NCBI GenBank assembly: GCA_963707985.1
Contig: CAVPRW010000034.1
Location: 32,001 to 96,000 of the forward strand
Direction: 5' to 3'
Source of the DNA: an uncultured Nitrospinota bacterium
GTDB taxonomy: Bacteria; Tectomicrobia; Entotheonellia; J063; CAVPRW01
DNA length: 64,000 nucleotides
The notes beneath the pieces are model-generated. The model did no database searches. It was given only the letters and a program-made list of their open reading frames with translations, and had not been told where the DNA came from. Of this stretch, positions 19,925-33,440 are shown one piece after another (within the stretch, counting starts at the first letter, position 1; each line of letters begins with the position of its first letter). The position numbers and the translations under genes are program-made.

Positions 19925-22900
19925 TTGGACAGCATTCTGGAACTTTTTGAAAAACCTAAGGAGCCCCTTGATTTTGATGGCATTCGCATTCGGATCGCAT
20001 CGCCGGCGAAAATCCGCGAATGGTCGCATGGTGAGGTGAGGAAGCCCGAGACCATCAACTATCGAACCTTTAAACCTGAGCGCGATGGGCTTTTCTGCGC
20101 CAAGATTTTCGGCCCAACAAAAGATTGGGAGTGTAATTGCGGGAAATACAAGCGCATGAAGCATCGCGGCATCGTGTGCGAGAAATGCGGCGTTGAGGTC
20201 ATCCAATCAAAAGTACGCCGTGAACGCCTCGGACATATTGAACTGGCCTGCCCCGTGTCCCATGTGTGGTTCTTTAAGGGATTACCCAGTCGCATTGGCA
20301 ATCTCCTCGATATGTCGCTGCGGGAGTTGGAGCAGATCCTCTATTTCGAGAAGTATGTGGTCATCGATCCCGGTGAGACGCCTATCCCCGAGAAGGAGTT
20401 ACTGAGCGAAGAAAAGTATCGGGAATATAGGCAGGAATACGGCGACCGCTTTAGGGCAGGCATGGGAGCGGAAGCGATCCGGGAGATGCTGCAGAGTCTC
20501 GATATCGAGCAACTTGCAGCCCAGCTCAAGGTCGAAGTCGCCGATGCGACATCGACGCAGCGAAAGAAGAAGCTTGCCAAACGGCTACGGTTGGTGGAGG
20601 CTTTCCGCAAGTCGGGAAATCGCCCCGAATGGATGATTCTTGAAGTCGTGCCGGTTATTCCGCCGGAGCTGCGCCCCTTGGTACCGTTGGATGGAGGCCG
20701 TTTCGCCACTTCTGACCTAAATGACCTCTATCGCCGCGTCATCAATCGCAATAATCGGCTTGTCCGGCTGCAAGAGCTCAAGGCTCCGGAAATCATCATC
20801 CGCAATGAGAAGCGCATGCTGCAGGAGGCCGTCGATGCCTTGTTCGACAATGGCCGTCGAGGACGCCCACTGCGGGGCCCGAACAAACGCCCACTCAAGT
20901 CTCTCAGCGACATGCTGAAGGGCAAGCAGGGACGGTTCCGCCAGAACTTGCTGGGCAAACGAGTCGACTATTCAGGCCGTTCGGTAATAGTGGTGGGTCC
21001 CGAGCTGAAGATGCATCAGTGCGGCCTGCCAAAAAAGATGGCGATCGAGCTCTTTAAGCCATTTATCTATCACAAATTGGAAGAGAAAGGTTATGTGGCG
21101 ACGTTGAAGAGCGCCAAACGGATGGTCGAGAAAGAACGCCCTGAGGTCTGGGACGTCCTCGATGAGATCATCCGCGAATATCCGGTCCTGCTGAACCGTG
21201 CACCGACTTTGCATCGTTTAGGGATTCAGGCCTTCGAACCAGTGTTAGTGGAAGGCAAGGCCATAAAAATCCATCCGCTGGTGTGTGCTGCTTTCAATGC
21301 CGACTTCGACGGCGACCAGATGGCCGTACATATCCCGCTGTCGATCGAAGCGCAGACCGAAGCACGGGCTTTGATGCTATCAACAAACAATATCCTTTCG
21401 CCAGCCCACGGTAAGCCTCTGACCATTCCCAGCCAGGATATGGTGTTGGGCTGCTACTACCTAACCAAAGTGCGCGGCGGGGCCAAGGGTGAGGGACGCA
21501 TTTTTTCGAATTTTTCCGAAGTGCGCATCGCCTACGACCAAGGAGTTGTCGCCCTACAAGCGCGCATTAAAGTGCGTCTGAACGGTGAACTAGTCGACAC
21601 GACGGTGGGCCGTGTGCTGTTCTATGAGAGCGTGCCGAAGGAATTGGTCTTTTCGAGTGTGAACCGTCAGATGGACAAACGCGCCATGTCTGAGCTGGTG
21701 GGTGAATGTTACCTCCGCTGCGGCCAGGATGGCGCCGTTGAATTTCTAGAAAACCTCAAGCAAATTGGTTTTCAGTATGCGACACAATCGGGCATGTCCA
21801 TCTCCATCGAAGACATGCGGGTGCCACAACTGAAAGAAGAGCTGGTGGAAAAGGCTCGCAATGAGGTGATCGAAGTCGAAAAGCAATATCGCGATGGTCT
21901 CATCACCAAGGGGGAACGTTACAACAAGATCATCGACATTTGGGCTCATGTCACCGAGCAGATCTCCGACGAGATGTTTCGCGAGATGGAGGCGGAGGAT
22001 GAACGTCTCATGCGCGGCGAGGCCGGTGATGGCTCTCAATTCAACCCGATCTTCATCATGGCAGATTCGGGGGCCCGCGGCGGTATTCAGCAGATACGCC
22101 AGCTGGCAGGGATGCGTGGTTTGATGGCAAAACCTTCTGGCGAGATCATCGAGACGCCGGTGACCTCGAACTTCCGTGAGGGCCTCACCGTGTTGCAGTA
22201 CTTTATTTCGACTCACGGAGCCCGCAAGGGGTTGGCAGACACCGCACTCAAAACGGCGAACTCAGGATATCTGACCCGACGCTTGGTGGATGTTGCTCAG
22301 GATGTGATCGCGGTTCAGCTCGATTGTGGAACGGTTGACTCCATTGAGGTCAGTGCTCTCATCGAAGGCGGTGAAATCATTGAACCGCTGGTTGACCGCG
22401 TCGTCGGGCGCTTCGCGGCAGAGGATGTCAGTGATCCATTCACTGGTGAGGTGCTCGTCCCCGCCAACACCGAAATCGATGAGGATACCGCCCAACGCAT
22501 CGAAGACCGCGGTATTGAACATGTGAAAGTGCGTTCGATGCTGACCTGCGAAAGCCGTGAGGGTGTCTGCGCCATGTGCTATGGGCGCAATTTGGCTACC
22601 GGCCAGCTGGTGGAGGTGGGTGAGGCCATCGGGATCATCGCCGCCCAGTCGATTGGCGAACCTGGCACGCAGCTCACAATGCGTACCTTCCACATTGGCG
22701 GCACTGCCAGCCGGGTCGTAGAGCAAACGACACAGGTAGCTAAGAAATCTGGGATTGTGCGCTTTTCTAACCTGCGCACCGTCGTCAACAAGGATGGTGA
22801 CATCGTCGTCATGAATCGCAATGGCAGCGTCATGATCCTTGATGACCAGGGTCGCGAGCGTGAGCGCTACCCAGTCGTTTATGGGGCTCGAATCAAGGTC

Positions 22901-24055
22901 AAGGATGGGCAGCAGGTGAGCGCCGGTGAGACTATCGTGGAATGGGATCCTTATACGATCTCCATCCTCACCGAGGTCAGCGGGAAAGCGACATTGGTAG
23001 ATATTGTCGAAGGCTTTACCATGAAAGAGGAGGTCGACGAGGTTACCGGCTTGGCTCGTAAAGTCATCGTCGAACATCACGACGAAAGCCGCCAACCCAA
23101 TGTATCGATCCGCGATGGCGAGGGTAAAGTCATCGGCCGTTATATTCTGCCCGCGGGTGCTCATCTGGCAGTGAACGATGGGGACCATGTGGCTGCTGGC
23201 GACGTCATCGCCAAGATCCCTCGTGAAACGACCAAGACCAAAGACATCACCGGTGGTTTGCCGCGTGTGGCCGAGCTGTTCGAGGCGCGCAAACCTAAAG
23301 AACAGGCGGTTATTTCCGAGATCGATGGCGTGGTGAAGTTTGGGGGCTTCCAGAAGGGTGCGCGCAAGGTGCTCGTGGTAGCCGATGATGGGGAAGAGCG
23401 TGAATATCTTATTCCGCGTGGCAAACACGTCTATGTTCACGAAGGAGACCGCGTGCGGGCTGGTGAACCTCTCATGGATGGGGCGGTGAATCCGCATGAC
23501 ATCCTCGATGTCTTAGGACCGAAGGCCGTACAACGCTATCTGGTGAACGAGGTGCAAGAAGTCTACCGACTTCAGGGGGTCACGATCAACGATAAGCACA
23601 TTGAAGCGATCGTGCGCCAGATGATGCGACGCTTAGTGATCGAAGATCCGGGTGATACCGATCTGCTCATCGGCGAGCAGGTGGCACGCGAGCTCTTGAC
23701 GGAGAAAAATGAAGAGGTCAGGCGCAACGGTGGGCAGGAAGCCCGCGGGAAAGCAATCCTCCTGGGTATCACCAAGGCTTCGTTAAGCACAGATAGCTTC
23801 ATTTCCGCCGCATCCTTCCAGGAGACAACGCGTGTACTTACTCAGGCCGCTGTTGGAGGACTGGTCGATCATCTTAAGGGACTGAAAGAAAATGTCATCA
23901 TGGGAAAACTGATCCCCGCAGGAACGGGAGCGAAGCATTATCGGAGGGTGCGAGTTGGTAGTGACGAGGTGACCAACGGCGAGTCTAATGGGCACGAGCT
24001 GCACACGGCGGTAACGTATGCTGACGACGATGAGATGGATGGGGAGGAGGACTAG
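19925..24055 (+). CDS. rpoC: RNA polymerase beta' subunit
   Basis: NADFDGDQM catalytic motif, N-terminal zinc ribbon; TTG start after GAGGAGG. Confidence 0.99.
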   Translation: MDSILELFEKPKEPLDFDGIRIRIASPAKIREWSHGEVRKPETINYRTFKPERDGLFCAKIFGPTKDWECNCGKYKRMKHRGIVCEKCGVEVIQSKVRRERLGHIELACPVSHVWFFKGLPSRIGNLLDMSLRELEQILYFEKYVVIDPGETPIPEKELLSEEKYREYRQEYGDRFRAGMGAEAIREMLQSLDIEQLAAQLKVEVADATSTQRKKKLAKRLRLVEAFRKSGNRPEWMILEVVPVIPPELRPLVPLDGGRFATSDLNDLYRRVINRNNRLVRLQELKAPEIIIRNEKRMLQEAVDALFDNGRRGRPLRGPNKRPLKSLSDMLKGKQGRFRQNLLGKRVDYSGRSVIVVGPELKMHQCGLPKKMAIELFKPFIYHKLEEKGYVATLKSAKRMVEKERPEVWDVLDEIIREYPVLLNRAPTLHRLGIQAFEPVLVEGKAIKIHPLVCAAFNADFDGDQMAVHIPLSIEAQTEARALMLSTNNILSPAHGKPLTIPSQDMVLGCYYLTKVRGGAKGEGRIFSNFSEVRIAYDQGVVALQARIKVRLNGELVDTTVGRVLFYESVPKELVFSSVNRQMDKRAMSELVGECYLRCGQDGAVEFLENLKQIGFQYATQSGMSISIEDMRVPQLKEELVEKARNEVIEVEKQYRDGLITKGERYNKIIDIWAHVTEQISDEMFREMEAEDERLMRGEAGDGSQFNPIFIMADSGARGGIQQIRQLAGMRGLMAKPSGEIIETPVTSNFREGLTVLQYFISTHGARKGLADTALKTANSGYLTRRLVDVAQDVIAVQLDCGTVDSIEVSALIEGGEIIEPLVDRVVGRFAAEDVSDPFTGEVLVPANTEIDEDTAQRIEDRGIEHVKVRSMLTCESREGVCAMCYGRNLATGQLVEVGEAIGIIAAQSIGEPGTQLTMRTFHIGGTASRVVEQTTQVAKKSGIVRFSNLRTVVNKDGDIVVMNRNGSVMILDDQGRERERYPVVYGARIKVKDGQQVSAGETIVEWDPYTISILTEVSGKATLVDIVEGFTMKEEVDEVTGLARKVIVEHHDESRQPNVSIRDGEGKVIGRYILPAGAHLAVNDGDHVAAGDVIAKIPRETTKTKDITGGLPRVAELFEARKPKEQAVISEIDGVVKFGGFQKGARKVLVVADDGEEREYLIPRGKHVYVHEGDRVRAGEPLMDGAVNPHDILDVLGPKAVQRYLVNEVQEVYRLQGVTINDKHIEAIVRQMMRRLVIEDPGDTDLLIGEQVARELLTEKNEEVRRNGGQEARGKAILLGITKASLSTDSFISAASFQETTRVLTQAAVGGLVDHLKGLKENVIMGKLIPAGTGAKHYRRVRVGSDEVTNGESNGHELHTAVTYADDDEMDGEED

Positions 24056-24061
24056 GCTAGG

Positions 24062-24433
24062 ATGCCGACGATCAACCAATTGGTTCGCAAGGGACGAGAG
24101 AAAATCCGCACGCGCACCAGCAGCCCGGCATTGCAACGGAATCCTCAGAAGCGCGGGGTCTGTGTGCGGGTTTACACCACGACACCCAAGAAGCCCAATT
24201 CGGCGCTCCGCAAGGTGGCCCGCGTGCGCCTCACCAATGGCATTGAGGTGAGCACATATATTCCTGGTATCGGCCATAACCTCCAGGAACACGCCATCGT
24301 GTTGATCCGAGGTGGCCGTGTAAAAGACCTTCCCGGAGTTCGCTATCACGTGATCCGCGGGTCCTTAGATACCGCTGGCGTGCAGAATCGACGCCAGAGT
24401 CGGTCCAAGTATGGGGCGAAGCGCCCTAAGTAG
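24062..24433 (+). CDS. rpsL: 30S ribosomal protein S12
   Basis: [26 protein letters not shown]. Confidence 0.99.
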   Translation: MPTINQLVRKGREKIRTRTSSPALQRNPQKRGVCVRVYTTTPKKPNSALRKVARVRLTNGIEVSTYIPGIGHNLQEHAIVLIRGGRVKDLPGVRYHVIRGSLDTAGVQNRRQSRSKYGAKRPK

Positions 24434-24446
24434 GGGGAGTTCATCT

Positions 24447-24917
24447 ATGGCACGACGGCGTGTGGCCGAAAAGCGTGAGCCCCTGCCTGACCCTAAGTTC
24501 CGTGACACATTGGTTACAAAGTTTATCAACGTTCTGATGCTGTGCGGTAAGAAGAGCACCGCTGAGCATATTTTCTATGGGGCTCTCGATCTTGTCGCCG
24601 ATCGCAGCAAGCAAGACCCGCTGAGTATTTTCAAACGCGCGATGGACAACGTGAAGCCAGTGCTGGAGGTGAAATCTCGTCGCGTCGGTGGGTCGACCTA
24701 CCAAGTACCCGTTGAAGTGAGACCTGATCGTCGCCAAGCGCTTAGCGCGCGTTGGATTGTGCAATCGGCCAAGTCACGGAGTGAACGCACTATGCGTCAA
24801 CGGCTTGCTGGCGAGTTGTTGGATGCCTCCAATAACACCGGGGTCGCGATCAAGAAGAAGGAAGATACCCACAAAATGGCCGAAGCCAATAAGGCCTTTG
24901 CGCATTATCGCTGGTAA
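24447..24917 (+). CDS. rpsG: 30S ribosomal protein S7
   Basis: [24 protein letters not shown]. Confidence 0.98.
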   Translation: MARRRVAEKREPLPDPKFRDTLVTKFINVLMLCGKKSTAEHIFYGALDLVADRSKQDPLSIFKRAMDNVKPVLEVKSRRVGGSTYQVPVEVRPDRRQALSARWIVQSAKSRSERTMRQRLAGELLDASNNTGVAIKKKEDTHKMAEANKAFAHYRW

Positions 24918-24934
24918 AACTGAGGACTAGGGTC

Positions 24935-27037
24935 TTGGACCGAGAACAATCGCTCATGAAAATACGCAATATCGGCATCATCGCTCATATTGACGCCGGC
25001 AAGACCACCACAACAGAGCGCATTCTCTACTACACCGGCCGAGCGCATAAAATGGGGGAAGTCCACGAGGGGTCCGCCACTATGGACTGGATGCCCCAGG
25101 AACAGGAGCGCGGCATCACAATCACCTCTGCAGCCACGACGTGTTTCTGGCTAGGACATCAAATCAACATCATCGATACACCTGGCCATGTGGACTTCAC
25201 CGCCGAGGTAGAACGTTCCCTCCGGGTGCTCGATGGAGCCGTTGGTGTGTTCTGTGCTGTGGGAGGAGTTGAACCGCAGTCAGAGACCGTGTGGCGTCAA
25301 GCGGAAAAATATGGTGTACCGCGGATTGCCTTCGTCAACAAGCTGGATCGCATTGGAGCAGATTTTCAGCGCTGCGTCCAGGAGATTCAGGAAAAGTTGG
25401 GTGCTCACCCATTGGTGCTACAGCTACCCTTGGGGATTGAGCAAAGCCTCCAAGGGGTGATCGATCTTATTCGCATGCAGGCTATCGTGTATGATGAGGA
25501 GACGCTTGGATCGACCTACCATATCGAACCGATCCCCGATGTTTTTGTCGCCGAGGCAGAGGCCGCACGCATCCGACTGCTCGAGGCTCTCTCCGAGAAC
25601 GATGACGCCTTTATGATAAAATATTTGGAAGGCGAGAACATCTCTCCAGAAGAGATCGAAACATATATTCGCCAGGAAACCCTGGCAGGTCGGTTAGTAC
25701 CGGTAGTGTGCGGAGCCGCTTTCAAGAACAAGGGGGTTCAACAATTATTGGATGCGATTGTCAAATACCTTCCATCCCCCTTGGATATTCCCGCCGTCCA
25801 CGGATTGAACCCAGACGGCAAGGAGGAAATCCGCGAGGTTGACGTGCATGCACCGGCAGCGGCACTGGTCTTTAAGATCATGACCGACCCCTATGTCGGG
25901 CAATTGACCTTCTTGCGAGTCTATTCAGGAGTATTGCATGTGGGCGATCATGTCCTGAATACTACCAAGGGGGTGCGGGAACGGCTCGGGCGTCTTCTAC
26001 GCATGCATGCCAACAAGCGCGAAGATGTACAGCTCGTGTATGCTGGGGATATCGCTGCGACCGTTGGCCTGAAGCGCACGCTCACTGGCGATACGCTCGC
26101 TGCCGAGGGGGCACCGATCATTCTCGAGTCGATGGCCTTTCCGGAGCCAGTTATTTCTGTAGCCATTGAACCTAAGACTAAAGCCGATCAAGAGAAGTTG
26201 GGTGTGGCGTTGCACAAACTGGCTCAGGAGGATCCGACTTTTAAGATCACCACCGATCGCGAAACCGGCCAGACGCTTATTGCGGGGATGGGAGAACTAC
26301 ACTTAGAGATTCTTGTCGACCGACTGTTCCGAGAGTTCAGCATCGGGGCGAACGTTTCCAAACCACAAGTCGCATATAAAGAGACCATTAAACGAGCCAT
26401 CAAAGCTGAGGGGAAGTTTGTTCGGCAATCAGGAGGTCGTGGCCAGTATGGTCATGTATGGCTTGAAATTGAACCCTTGGAACGTGGAGCTGGGTTCGAG
26501 TTCGTCGACGCAGTGGTCGGTGGAACAGTTCCGCGTGAGTATATTCCAGCCGTCCGACAGGGTGTACAAGAGGCAATGGAGGCCGGGATTTTCGCCGGTT
26601 ACCCAGTCATTGATCTGCGGGTGAAAGTATGTGATGGGTCATATCATGACGTCGATTCATCAGAACTAGCCTTTAAAATCGCGGGATCGATGGCCCTGAA
26701 GGACGGGGCCAAGAAGGCCGGCGGAGTGTTGCTCGAGCCGATCATGGATGTAGAAGTGGTTACCCCCGAGGAGTTTATGGGGGATGTTATCGGGAACCTG
26801 AATTCCCGCCGTGGCAATATTAAAGCGGTGACGACACGAGCAGGAGCGCGGGTGATCTCGGCCCGTGTGCCTCTCTCCGAAATGTTTGGATATGCCACCG
26901 ATCTTCGTTCCTCGTCGCAGGGACGGGCGACATATACGATGCATTTCAGTTCGTACCATGAAGTCCCCTTCAACCTAGAGGAGGAACTCCTCTTCAAAGG
27001 AAAGAAGGGACAAACGGAGAAAGAATTGGCGCTGTAA
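24935..27037 (+). CDS. fusA: Elongation factor G
   Basis: [27 protein letters not shown] start. Confidence 0.98.
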   Translation: MDREQSLMKIRNIGIIAHIDAGKTTTTERILYYTGRAHKMGEVHEGSATMDWMPQEQERGITITSAATTCFWLGHQINIIDTPGHVDFTAEVERSLRVLDGAVGVFCAVGGVEPQSETVWRQAEKYGVPRIAFVNKLDRIGADFQRCVQEIQEKLGAHPLVLQLPLGIEQSLQGVIDLIRMQAIVYDEETLGSTYHIEPIPDVFVAEAEAARIRLLEALSENDDAFMIKYLEGENISPEEIETYIRQETLAGRLVPVVCGAAFKNKGVQQLLDAIVKYLPSPLDIPAVHGLNPDGKEEIREVDVHAPAAALVFKIMTDPYVGQLTFLRVYSGVLHVGDHVLNTTKGVRERLGRLLRMHANKREDVQLVYAGDIAATVGLKRTLTGDTLAAEGAPIILESMAFPEPVISVAIEPKTKADQEKLGVALHKLAQEDPTFKITTDRETGQTLIAGMGELHLEILVDRLFREFSIGANVSKPQVAYKETIKRAIKAEGKFVRQSGGRGQYGHVWLEIEPLERGAGFEFVDAVVGGTVPREYIPAVRQGVQEAMEAGIFAGYPVIDLRVKVCDGSYHDVDSSELAFKIAGSMALKDGAKKAGGVLLEPIMDVEVVTPEEFMGDVIGNLNSRRGNIKAVTTRAGARVISARVPLSEMFGYATDLRSSSQGRATYTMHFSSYHEVPFNLEEELLFKGKKGQTEKELAL

Positions 27038-27122
27038 CTCTGACGCATGCGGGCAACCTTCTGGTTGCCTGTGCGATTGTGATGTAGCCAAGTCCACAGT
27101 GCTATTGTAGGAGGAGGGTGGT

Positions 27123-28307
27123 ATGGCGAAGGAGCGGTTTGTCCGGACGAAGCCGCATGTCAACGTCGGCACTATCGGGCATATCGACCACGGCAAGACG
27201 ACGTTGACAAGCGCGATTACCAAAGTGTTGGCAGAACGCAAACTAGCAAAATACGTAGAATTTGGTCAAATCGACAAGGCCCCCGAAGAGCGAGAGCGCG
27301 GCATCACCATCGCCATCGCTCATGTGGAGTATGAAACCGACAAGCGGCACTATGCGCATGTGGACTGCCCGGGGCATGCCGATTACATCAAGAACATGAT
27401 CACTGGCGCCGCCCAGATGGATGGGGCAATTCTAGTCGTGGCCGCAACCGATGGTCCGATGCCGCAAACACGTGAGCACATCCTGTTGGCACGGCAAGTT
27501 GGGGTACCGGCCATCGTCGTTTATATGAATAAGTGCGACGCCGTCGACGACCCGGAGTTGCTCGAACTCGTCGAACTTGAGGTGCGAGAACTCCTTTCCA
27601 AATACGAGTTTCCAGGAGATGACACTCCGATTATTCGGGGCAGTGCACTAAAAGCCTTGGAAGGTGATCCGAACTGGACGAAGTCAATTGATGAACTTAT
27701 GGACGCGGTCGACAGCTATGTGCCGTTGCCGACACGCGAGGTCGATAAACCCTTCCTGATGCCAGTTGAGGACGTGTTCACCATCTCGGGTCGTGGGACC
27801 GTGGTAACCGGGCGTATCGAACGCGGGCGAATCAAAGTCGGTGAAGACGTGGAAATTGTCGGTTTTCGCCCCACCGTCAAGACCGTGGCAACAGGGGTCG
27901 AGATGTTCCGCAAGATCCTGGATGAAGGGCAGGCCGGCGACAACGTCGGGATCCTCGTGCGCGGCATCAAGCGCGAGGATGTCGAACGTGGACAGGTACT
28001 GGCGAAGCCCGCGAGCATCACACCGCACACCCGGTTTAAAGCGGAAACATATGTCCTGACCAAGGAAGAAGGTGGACGGCATACACCATTTTTCAAGGGA
28101 TATCGTCCACAGTTCTACTTCCGTACCACCGACGTGACGGGGTCTGTCGTCCTTCCCGAAGGCGTGGAGATGATTATGCCTGGCGATAACCTCACCATGG
28201 ACGTGACGCTGATCACGCCGATTGCCCTGGAAACTGGAATACGCTTCGCCATTCGGGAAGGCGGACGTACCGTGGGAGCGGGGGTGGTGACGGAGGTTAT
28301 CCAATAG
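27123..28307 (+). CDS. tuf: Elongation factor Tu
   Basis: [29 protein letters not shown]. Confidence 0.99.
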   Translation: MAKERFVRTKPHVNVGTIGHIDHGKTTLTSAITKVLAERKLAKYVEFGQIDKAPEERERGITIAIAHVEYETDKRHYAHVDCPGHADYIKNMITGAAQMDGAILVVAATDGPMPQTREHILLARQVGVPAIVVYMNKCDAVDDPELLELVELEVRELLSKYEFPGDDTPIIRGSALKALEGDPNWTKSIDELMDAVDSYVPLPTREVDKPFLMPVEDVFTISGRGTVVTGRIERGRIKVGEDVEIVGFRPTVKTVATGVEMFRKILDEGQAGDNVGILVRGIKREDVERGQVLAKPASITPHTRFKAETYVLTKEEGGRHTPFFKGYRPQFYFRTTDVTGSVVLPEGVEMIMPGDNLTMDVTLITPIALETGIRFAIREGGRTVGAGVVTEVIQ

Positions 28308-28422
28308 TTCTGATGGCTTGAACGCGTTGTATCTCCCTCTCCTGTCGCAGAACTCGCATGGGCCTGGCTCGCTCCTCATGCAGGCCAGGCTCCGTTATTC
28401 TTACGGAAGAATTGGGGAAGCT

Positions 28423-28737
28423 ATGGCAACGGCCACGCAAAAGATCAGAATTCGCCTGAAGGCGTACGATCATCGTATTCTCGACCAGTCGGTGACGGAA
28501 ATCGTCGACACCGCTAAGCGCACTGGAGCGAGGGTTTTGGGCCCTATTCCGCTGCCGACGGTGAAAAACCGCTTCACCGTCCTCCGCTCGCCGCATGTCG
28601 ACAAAAAGTCCCGTGAACAATTCGAGCTGCGTACTCATAAACGGCTGCTGGACATCCTCGAACCAACCCCACAGACGGTTGATGCACTGATGAAGTTGGA
28701 TCTATCCGCGGGGGTTGATGTAGAAATCAAGCTGTAG
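28423..28737 (+). CDS. rpsJ: 30S ribosomal protein S10
   Basis: [23 protein letters not shown]. Confidence 0.98.
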   Translation: MATATQKIRIRLKAYDHRILDQSVTEIVDTAKRTGARVLGPIPLPTVKNRFTVLRSPHVDKKSREQFELRTHKRLLDILEPTPQTVDALMKLDLSAGVDVEIKL

Positions 28738-28760
28738 GCCTGACACGATAGGGACCTGCT

Positions 28761-29384
28761 ATGATTAGTGGCTTGCTAGGTAGAAAATTGGGAATGACGC
28801 AGGTGTTTATGCCGGACGGTTCACTGATCCCATGTACGGTGATCGAGGTCGGTCCATGCCCTGTTATCCAGGTCAAGACACAGGAACGTGACGGGTATGA
28901 GGCGGTGCAGATCGGTTTCCTGCCGAAAAATAGAGGGACGAACAAACCCTTACGTGGGCACTTCACGAAGCACAACGCTCAGCCCCTACGACACCTGCGC
29001 GAATTCAAAGCTACCGGAGAAAAGGCGATCTCAGTGGGCGAGACCTTGACTTTAGAGGTGTTTACAGAGGGTGAACGCGTCGATATCGCTGGAACCACGA
29101 AGGGGCGTGGCTTTGCAGGGGTTGTCAAGCGCTATGGGTTCGCTGGAAATCCTGGTGCCCATGGCACTCACGAGACGTTTCGCGGCCCTGGCTCGGTCGG
29201 CTCTGCTGCCCATCCCTCGCATACGCCGAAAGGCAAACGCCTGGCAGGACACTATGGGGTCGACCGCAAAACGATTCGTAATCTGAGGGTAGTCCGCGTG
29301 GATAAAGATCGTAACCTGCTGCTCGTCAGAGGGGCAATTCCCGGAAGCCGTGGCGGCCTGGTTGAGGTACGAAAACGCGGGTAA
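28761..29384 (+). CDS. rplC: 50S ribosomal protein L3
   Basis: [22 protein letters not shown]. Confidence 0.97.
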   Translation: MISGLLGRKLGMTQVFMPDGSLIPCTVIEVGPCPVIQVKTQERDGYEAVQIGFLPKNRGTNKPLRGHFTKHNAQPLRHLREFKATGEKAISVGETLTLEVFTEGERVDIAGTTKGRGFAGVVKRYGFAGNPGAHGTHETFRGPGSVGSAAHPSHTPKGKRLAGHYGVDRKTIRNLRVVRVDKDRNLLLVRGAIPGSRGGLVEVRKRG

Positions 29385-29482
29385 GGCTGTCAGAGGCATG
29401 CACGCGGGAAGACTGCAGGCCAGTTGGCCAACTCCGAATCTAGCATCAACGTCGAGCCCATGCCTTGTGAGAGAGGACGCGT

Positions 29483-30106
29483 ATGGAATTAGATGTGATT
29501 AATCGGCAGGGGACGCCGGTCGAAAAAGTCACCGTGGCAGACCATGCGTTCGCCGCTGAGGTGAAAACTCACCTCTTTCATCAAGTGGTCAGAATGCAAC
29601 TTGCCAAGCGCCGGCGGGGTACCGCCTCGACTAAGACCAGGGGTGAGGTAAGTGGGGGAGGCAAGAAACCCTGGCGGCAGAAAGGGACGGGGCGTGCACG
29701 AGCGGGGAGTACTCGTTCTCCCTTGTGGCGGGGCGGCGGGGTCGCCTTGGGTCCAAAGCCACGGAATTATGCCTATAAACTCCCCAAGAAGGTCCGGCGT
29801 GCTGCTCTTTGCTCTGCCTTGTCGCTGAAAACTCAAGAAGGCCTGCTGAAGGTGATCGATCACCTCGACCTCCCCGCACCCAAAACGAAGCAGATGGTCG
29901 GTTTCCTGCAAGATTTAGGGGTAGAGAAAGCGGCGATAATCCTCCTGGTGGATAACAATCCCAACGTCCAGTTGTCGGCACGCAACCTGCCAGATGTAAA
30001 AGTGCTTCGTGTCGAAGGGGTGAATGTATATGATCTTCTAGCACATGATTACCTCATTTGTACAAGGGAAGCACTCATGAAGCTACAAGAGAGGGTGACC
30101 TCATGA
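29483..30106 (+). CDS. rplD: 50S ribosomal protein L4
   Basis: KPWRQKGTGRAR, GPKPR. Confidence 0.97.
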   Translation: MELDVINRQGTPVEKVTVADHAFAAEVKTHLFHQVVRMQLAKRRRGTASTKTRGEVSGGGKKPWRQKGTGRARAGSTRSPLWRGGGVALGPKPRNYAYKLPKKVRRAALCSALSLKTQEGLLKVIDHLDLPAPKTKQMVGFLQDLGVEKAAIILLVDNNPNVQLSARNLPDVKVLRVEGVNVYDLLAHDYLICTREALMKLQERVTS

Positions 30107-30393
30107 TTGACCCATATAGTGTCATCCAGCGACCTCTAGTCACCGAAAAGAGCTTGGCTCAGAACACGAAGCGCTATAAGGTCAGTTTCCTCGTACACCC
30201 CGATGCCAATAAGCAGGAAATCCGTGCGGCGGTTGAAGGTATTTTTGCTGTCAAGGTCACTGAGGTTAATACCGTTTACCTCAAAGGCAAGCGCAAACGC
30301 ACCCGTATGCGGGATGGCAAGCGATCAGACCAAAAGAAAGCCATCGTGACCTTGCGCGCAGGGGACAAAATCGAATTTTTCGAGGGGTTATAA
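30103..30393 (+). CDS. rplW: 50S ribosomal protein L23
   Basis: PLVTEKS, ANKQEI, KKAIVTL. Confidence 0.96.
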   Translation: MIDPYSVIQRPLVTEKSLAQNTKRYKVSFLVHPDANKQEIRAAVEGIFAVKVTEVNTVYLKGKRKRTRMRDGKRSDQKKAIVTLRAGDKIEFFEGL

Positions 30394-30406
30394 CGAGGGA
30401 GACCCC

Positions 30407-31231
30407 ATGGCGATTCGCACGTTTAAACCGACATCTCCAGGCATCCGACAGATGAGTGCCTCGACCTTCGAGGAAGTGACCAAGACGGTTCCAGAGAAGC
30501 GTCTCCTGCGGCCAGCGAATAAAACAGGGGGACGCAACAATTACGGTCGGGTCACCGTTCGCTTTCGTGGTGGTGGGCATAAGCGGCGTTACCGTCTCAT
30601 TGACTTTAAACGGGATAAAGTTGGAGTTCCGGCAAAGGTCGCGGCCGTGGAGTATGACCCGAACCGATCGGCGCGTATCGCCTTGCTGCATTACATCGAC
30701 GGCGAGAAACGCTATATCCTGGCCCCGCAGGGCTTACGCATCGGGGATAGGGTGATGTCCGGGCCGGAAGCTGAGATTCGTACCGGGAACGCTCTGGCGC
30801 TGCGAAATATCCCGTTGGGCACTCTCGTGCACAATGTCGAACTGACCCAAGGTCGTGGGGGCCAATTGGCCCGCGCGGCAGGCACCTCCGCGCAACTGAT
30901 GGCGAAAGAGGGCGATTACGCGCAACTGAAACTGAAATCAGGTGAAGTCCGAATGGTGCGACTGGCCTGCATGGCGACCATCGGCCAGGTGGGAAATACC
31001 GATCACGAGAACATCACTATCGGGAAGGCTGGTCGCATGCGATGGATGGGCAGGCGTCCACATGTCCGCGGCGTAGCGATGAACCCAGTCGATCACCCTC
31101 ACGGTGGCGGCGAGGGAAAGGCGGGGCAGGGCAATCCTCATCCTGTCAGCCCATGGGGTTGGCCTACTAAAGGCGCCAAGACACGCGGCAAGCGTCCATC
31201 CGATAAGTACATATTGAAGCGCCGCGAGTAA
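30407..31231 (+). CDS. rplB: 50S ribosomal protein L2
   Basis: [25 protein letters not shown]. Confidence 0.98.
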   Translation: MAIRTFKPTSPGIRQMSASTFEEVTKTVPEKRLLRPANKTGGRNNYGRVTVRFRGGGHKRRYRLIDFKRDKVGVPAKVAAVEYDPNRSARIALLHYIDGEKRYILAPQGLRIGDRVMSGPEAEIRTGNALALRNIPLGTLVHNVELTQGRGGQLARAAGTSAQLMAKEGDYAQLKLKSGEVRMVRLACMATIGQVGNTDHENITIGKAGRMRWMGRRPHVRGVAMNPVDHPHGGGEGKAGQGNPHPVSPWGWPTKGAKTRGKRPSDKYILKRRE

Positions 31232-31260
31232 CTTCGCGCGTGTAATCTAGGGAGGACAGG

Positions 31261-31545
31261 GTGGCACGCTCACTAAAAAAGGGACCATTTATCGATGGAA
31301 AATTGTTAGAAAGAGTTGCAACCATGAACCGCGGGACGGAGAAGCGGATCATCCGAACATGGTCCCGTCGATCCGTCATCTTTCCTGAACTAGTTGGTCA
31401 TACCATTGCTGTTCACAATGGGAAGCGGTTTATCCCCGTCTATATCACCGAGAATATGGTCGGCCACAAGTTAGGCGAGTTCGCCCCAACACGGACCTTC
31501 CGAGGCCATAGTGGGCATACCAAACGTGTGTTATCGTTGAAGTAA
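31261..31545 (+). CDS. rpsS: 30S ribosomal protein S19
   Basis: [21 protein letters not shown]. Confidence 0.98.
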   Translation: MARSLKKGPFIDGKLLERVATMNRGTEKRIIRTWSRRSVIFPELVGHTIAVHNGKRFIPVYITENMVGHKLGEFAPTRTFRGHSGHTKRVLSLK

Positions 31546-31713
31546 GCAAATCGACTACGCCACACTTGATGAGTCAGAGCAAAAGCCCGTGTCAGCACAT
31601 GGAAAAGTTGAGTTAACTGGCAACCTCGACGGCATCGCGAGTAGCGTTATTCGATTGTTGCCTGAGTTTCCGCCTCTGCCCGAGGATGCCGTGAGAAGGT
31701 GACAGGGAGCATC

Positions 31714-32076
31714 ATGGAAGCGAGAGCGGTTGGAAGATATCTCCGGACGTCACCACGCAAGGCCCGGCAAGTGGCCGATGCTATTCGTGGGCGACCTGCG
31801 GGCGATGCCTTGAACGTCCTGGCGCTAACGCCTCGTAAGGCCGCGCGCTTGATCGAAAAGATCCTCAAAGCAGCCGTCGCAAATGCGCGCGAAAAGGGAG
31901 GGCGAGATCAACTCGACGCTCTCAGCGTCAGTGAAATCCAGGTCGGGCCGGGACCCACCTTAAAGCGCTGGCTTCCTAGAGCCCGCGGACGCGCCACACC
32001 GATTCGCAAGCGCACGAGCCATATCAGAATCATCCTGCGAGACGCGCTCCAGGGCTCAGTGCCGAGGCGTCCATAG
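31714..32076 (+). CDS. rplV: 50S ribosomal protein L22
   Basis: SPRKAR, AVANA, PRARGRA, RTSHI. Confidence 0.97.
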   Translation: MEARAVGRYLRTSPRKARQVADAIRGRPAGDALNVLALTPRKAARLIEKILKAAVANAREKGGRDQLDALSVSEIQVGPGPTLKRWLPRARGRATPIRKRTSHIRIILRDALQGSVPRRP

Positions 32077-32090
32077 GAAAGGAGACTAGG

Positions 32091-32756
32091 GTGGGGCAGA
32101 AGGTCCATCCCGTTGGTTTTCGGCTTGGGATCACTAAGACCTGGGAGTCCAATTGGTTTGCGCGACGCGGGTACGGTGAACAGTTGCATGAGGACATTCG
32201 CATCCGTGAGTTCATCAAGGGGAAGCTCTTCCATGCGGGGATCGCTCGCATTGAGATCGAACGCGCGGCAAAACGAGTTAAGATCAACATTCACACTGCA
32301 CGTCCTGGGATCATAATCGGCCGCAAAGGAACAGAAGTTGACAAGCTTAAAGCCGAGCTCGAGGCGATGACCAAGAAGCAGGTCTTCGTGAATATCATTG
32401 AGATTCGGCGCGCCGAGCTGGATGCTCAATTGGTCGCGGAAAACGTGGCCCTGCAGCTTGAACGTCGTATCGCCTTCCGGCGCGCGATGAAAAAGGCCGT
32501 CACCTCTGCCCTGCGTTTGGGGGCGAAGGGGATTCGCATCACCTGTTCTGGGCGCTTGGGTGGTGCTGAAATGGCGCGGACCGAGTGGTATCGCGAAGGA
32601 CGAGTGCCTTTGCATACACTGCGCGCAGATATCGACTATGGCGCCGCCACGTCACGGACAACCTACGGAGCGATCGGGGTCAAGGTGTGGCTGTTCAAGG
32701 GAGAAATTATGCCACAGTTGCATGCCTCCGCGTCTGCACCTGCTGTGACCGCATGA
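32091..32756 (+). CDS. rpsC: 30S ribosomal protein S3
   Basis: [29 protein letters not shown]. Confidence 0.98.
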   Translation: MGQKVHPVGFRLGITKTWESNWFARRGYGEQLHEDIRIREFIKGKLFHAGIARIEIERAAKRVKINIHTARPGIIIGRKGTEVDKLKAELEAMTKKQVFVNIIEIRRAELDAQLVAENVALQLERRIAFRRAMKKAVTSALRLGAKGIRITCSGRLGGAEMARTEWYREGRVPLHTLRADIDYGAATSRTTYGAIGVKVWLFKGEIMPQLHASASAPAVTA

Positions 32757-32790
32757 CACGCGCGGCGATCCGTAACGGAGGCTCTTGACC

Positions 32791-33198
32791 ATGTTAATGC
32801 CGAAGAAAGTCAAGTACCGTAAACAGCATCGTGGGCGTCGCACTGGCATCGCGTACCGCGGGTCGAGTCTGAATTATGGGAGTTTCGGGCTTAAGGCGCT
32901 CGATCCCGGCTGGCTCACGAACCGCCAGATTGAGGCGGGGCGTATCGCCATGACGCGCCATGTGAAGCGGGGTGGCAAGATCTGGATCCGTGTCTTCCCG
33001 GACAAGCCTGTTTCGAAAAAACCCCAAGAAACTCGTATGGGAAAGGGGAAGGGTGCACCGGAGTTCTGGGTTGCGGTGGTTCGATCTGGCCGCATCCTCT
33101 ACGAGATGGAGGGGGTGGACGAGACAACTGCCCGTGAGGCCATGCGCCTGGCGGCTCACAAGCTGCCGCTGAAAACCCGCTTTGTCATGAAGGAATAG
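32791..33198 (+). CDS. rplP: 50S ribosomal protein L16
   Basis: [20 protein letters not shown]. Confidence 0.98.
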   Translation: MLMPKKVKYRKQHRGRRTGIAYRGSSLNYGSFGLKALDPGWLTNRQIEAGRIAMTRHVKRGGKIWIRVFPDKPVSKKPQETRMGKGKGAPEFWVAVVRSGRILYEMEGVDETTAREAMRLAAHKLPLKTRFVMKE

Positions 33199-33214
33199 GA
33201 TGCGGAGGGGCGTC

Positions 33215-33406
33215 ATGAAGGCCACAGAGTTACGTGAGCTGTCAGATGATGAACTACGAGGGAGGTTGCGGGAGCTACAAGAAGAGCTTTTTAATCTACG
33301 CTTTCAATTGGCGACGGGACAGATCGAGAATGTGGGCCGTATCCGTACGGTTCGGCGCGACATCGCTCGCCTGAAAACCGTTCAACAGCAGAGAGCGTTG
33401 GCCTAA
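33215..33406 (+). CDS. rpmC: 50S ribosomal protein L29
   Basis: [17 protein letters not shown]. Confidence 0.97.
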   Translation: MKATELRELSDDELRGRLRELQEELFNLRFQLATGQIENVGRIRTVRRDIARLKTVQQQRALA

Positions 33407-33440
33407 TAGTGGTCGCCCCATACCCAGATAAGAGGACATC

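Noticed and set aside
22262..23497. 411-aa antisense ORF in rpoC, and similar shadows (675-1622, 27684-28379, 31908-32615, 43240-43860)
   Set aside because: Antisense to highly conserved genes, no recognisable motifs; expected from codon bias
15775..24055. Inteins or introns in rpoB/rpoC (also radA, polB)
   Set aside because: Lengths are normal and no splice-junction or homing-endonuclease motifs seen; the RpoB insert is only a short zinc ribbon
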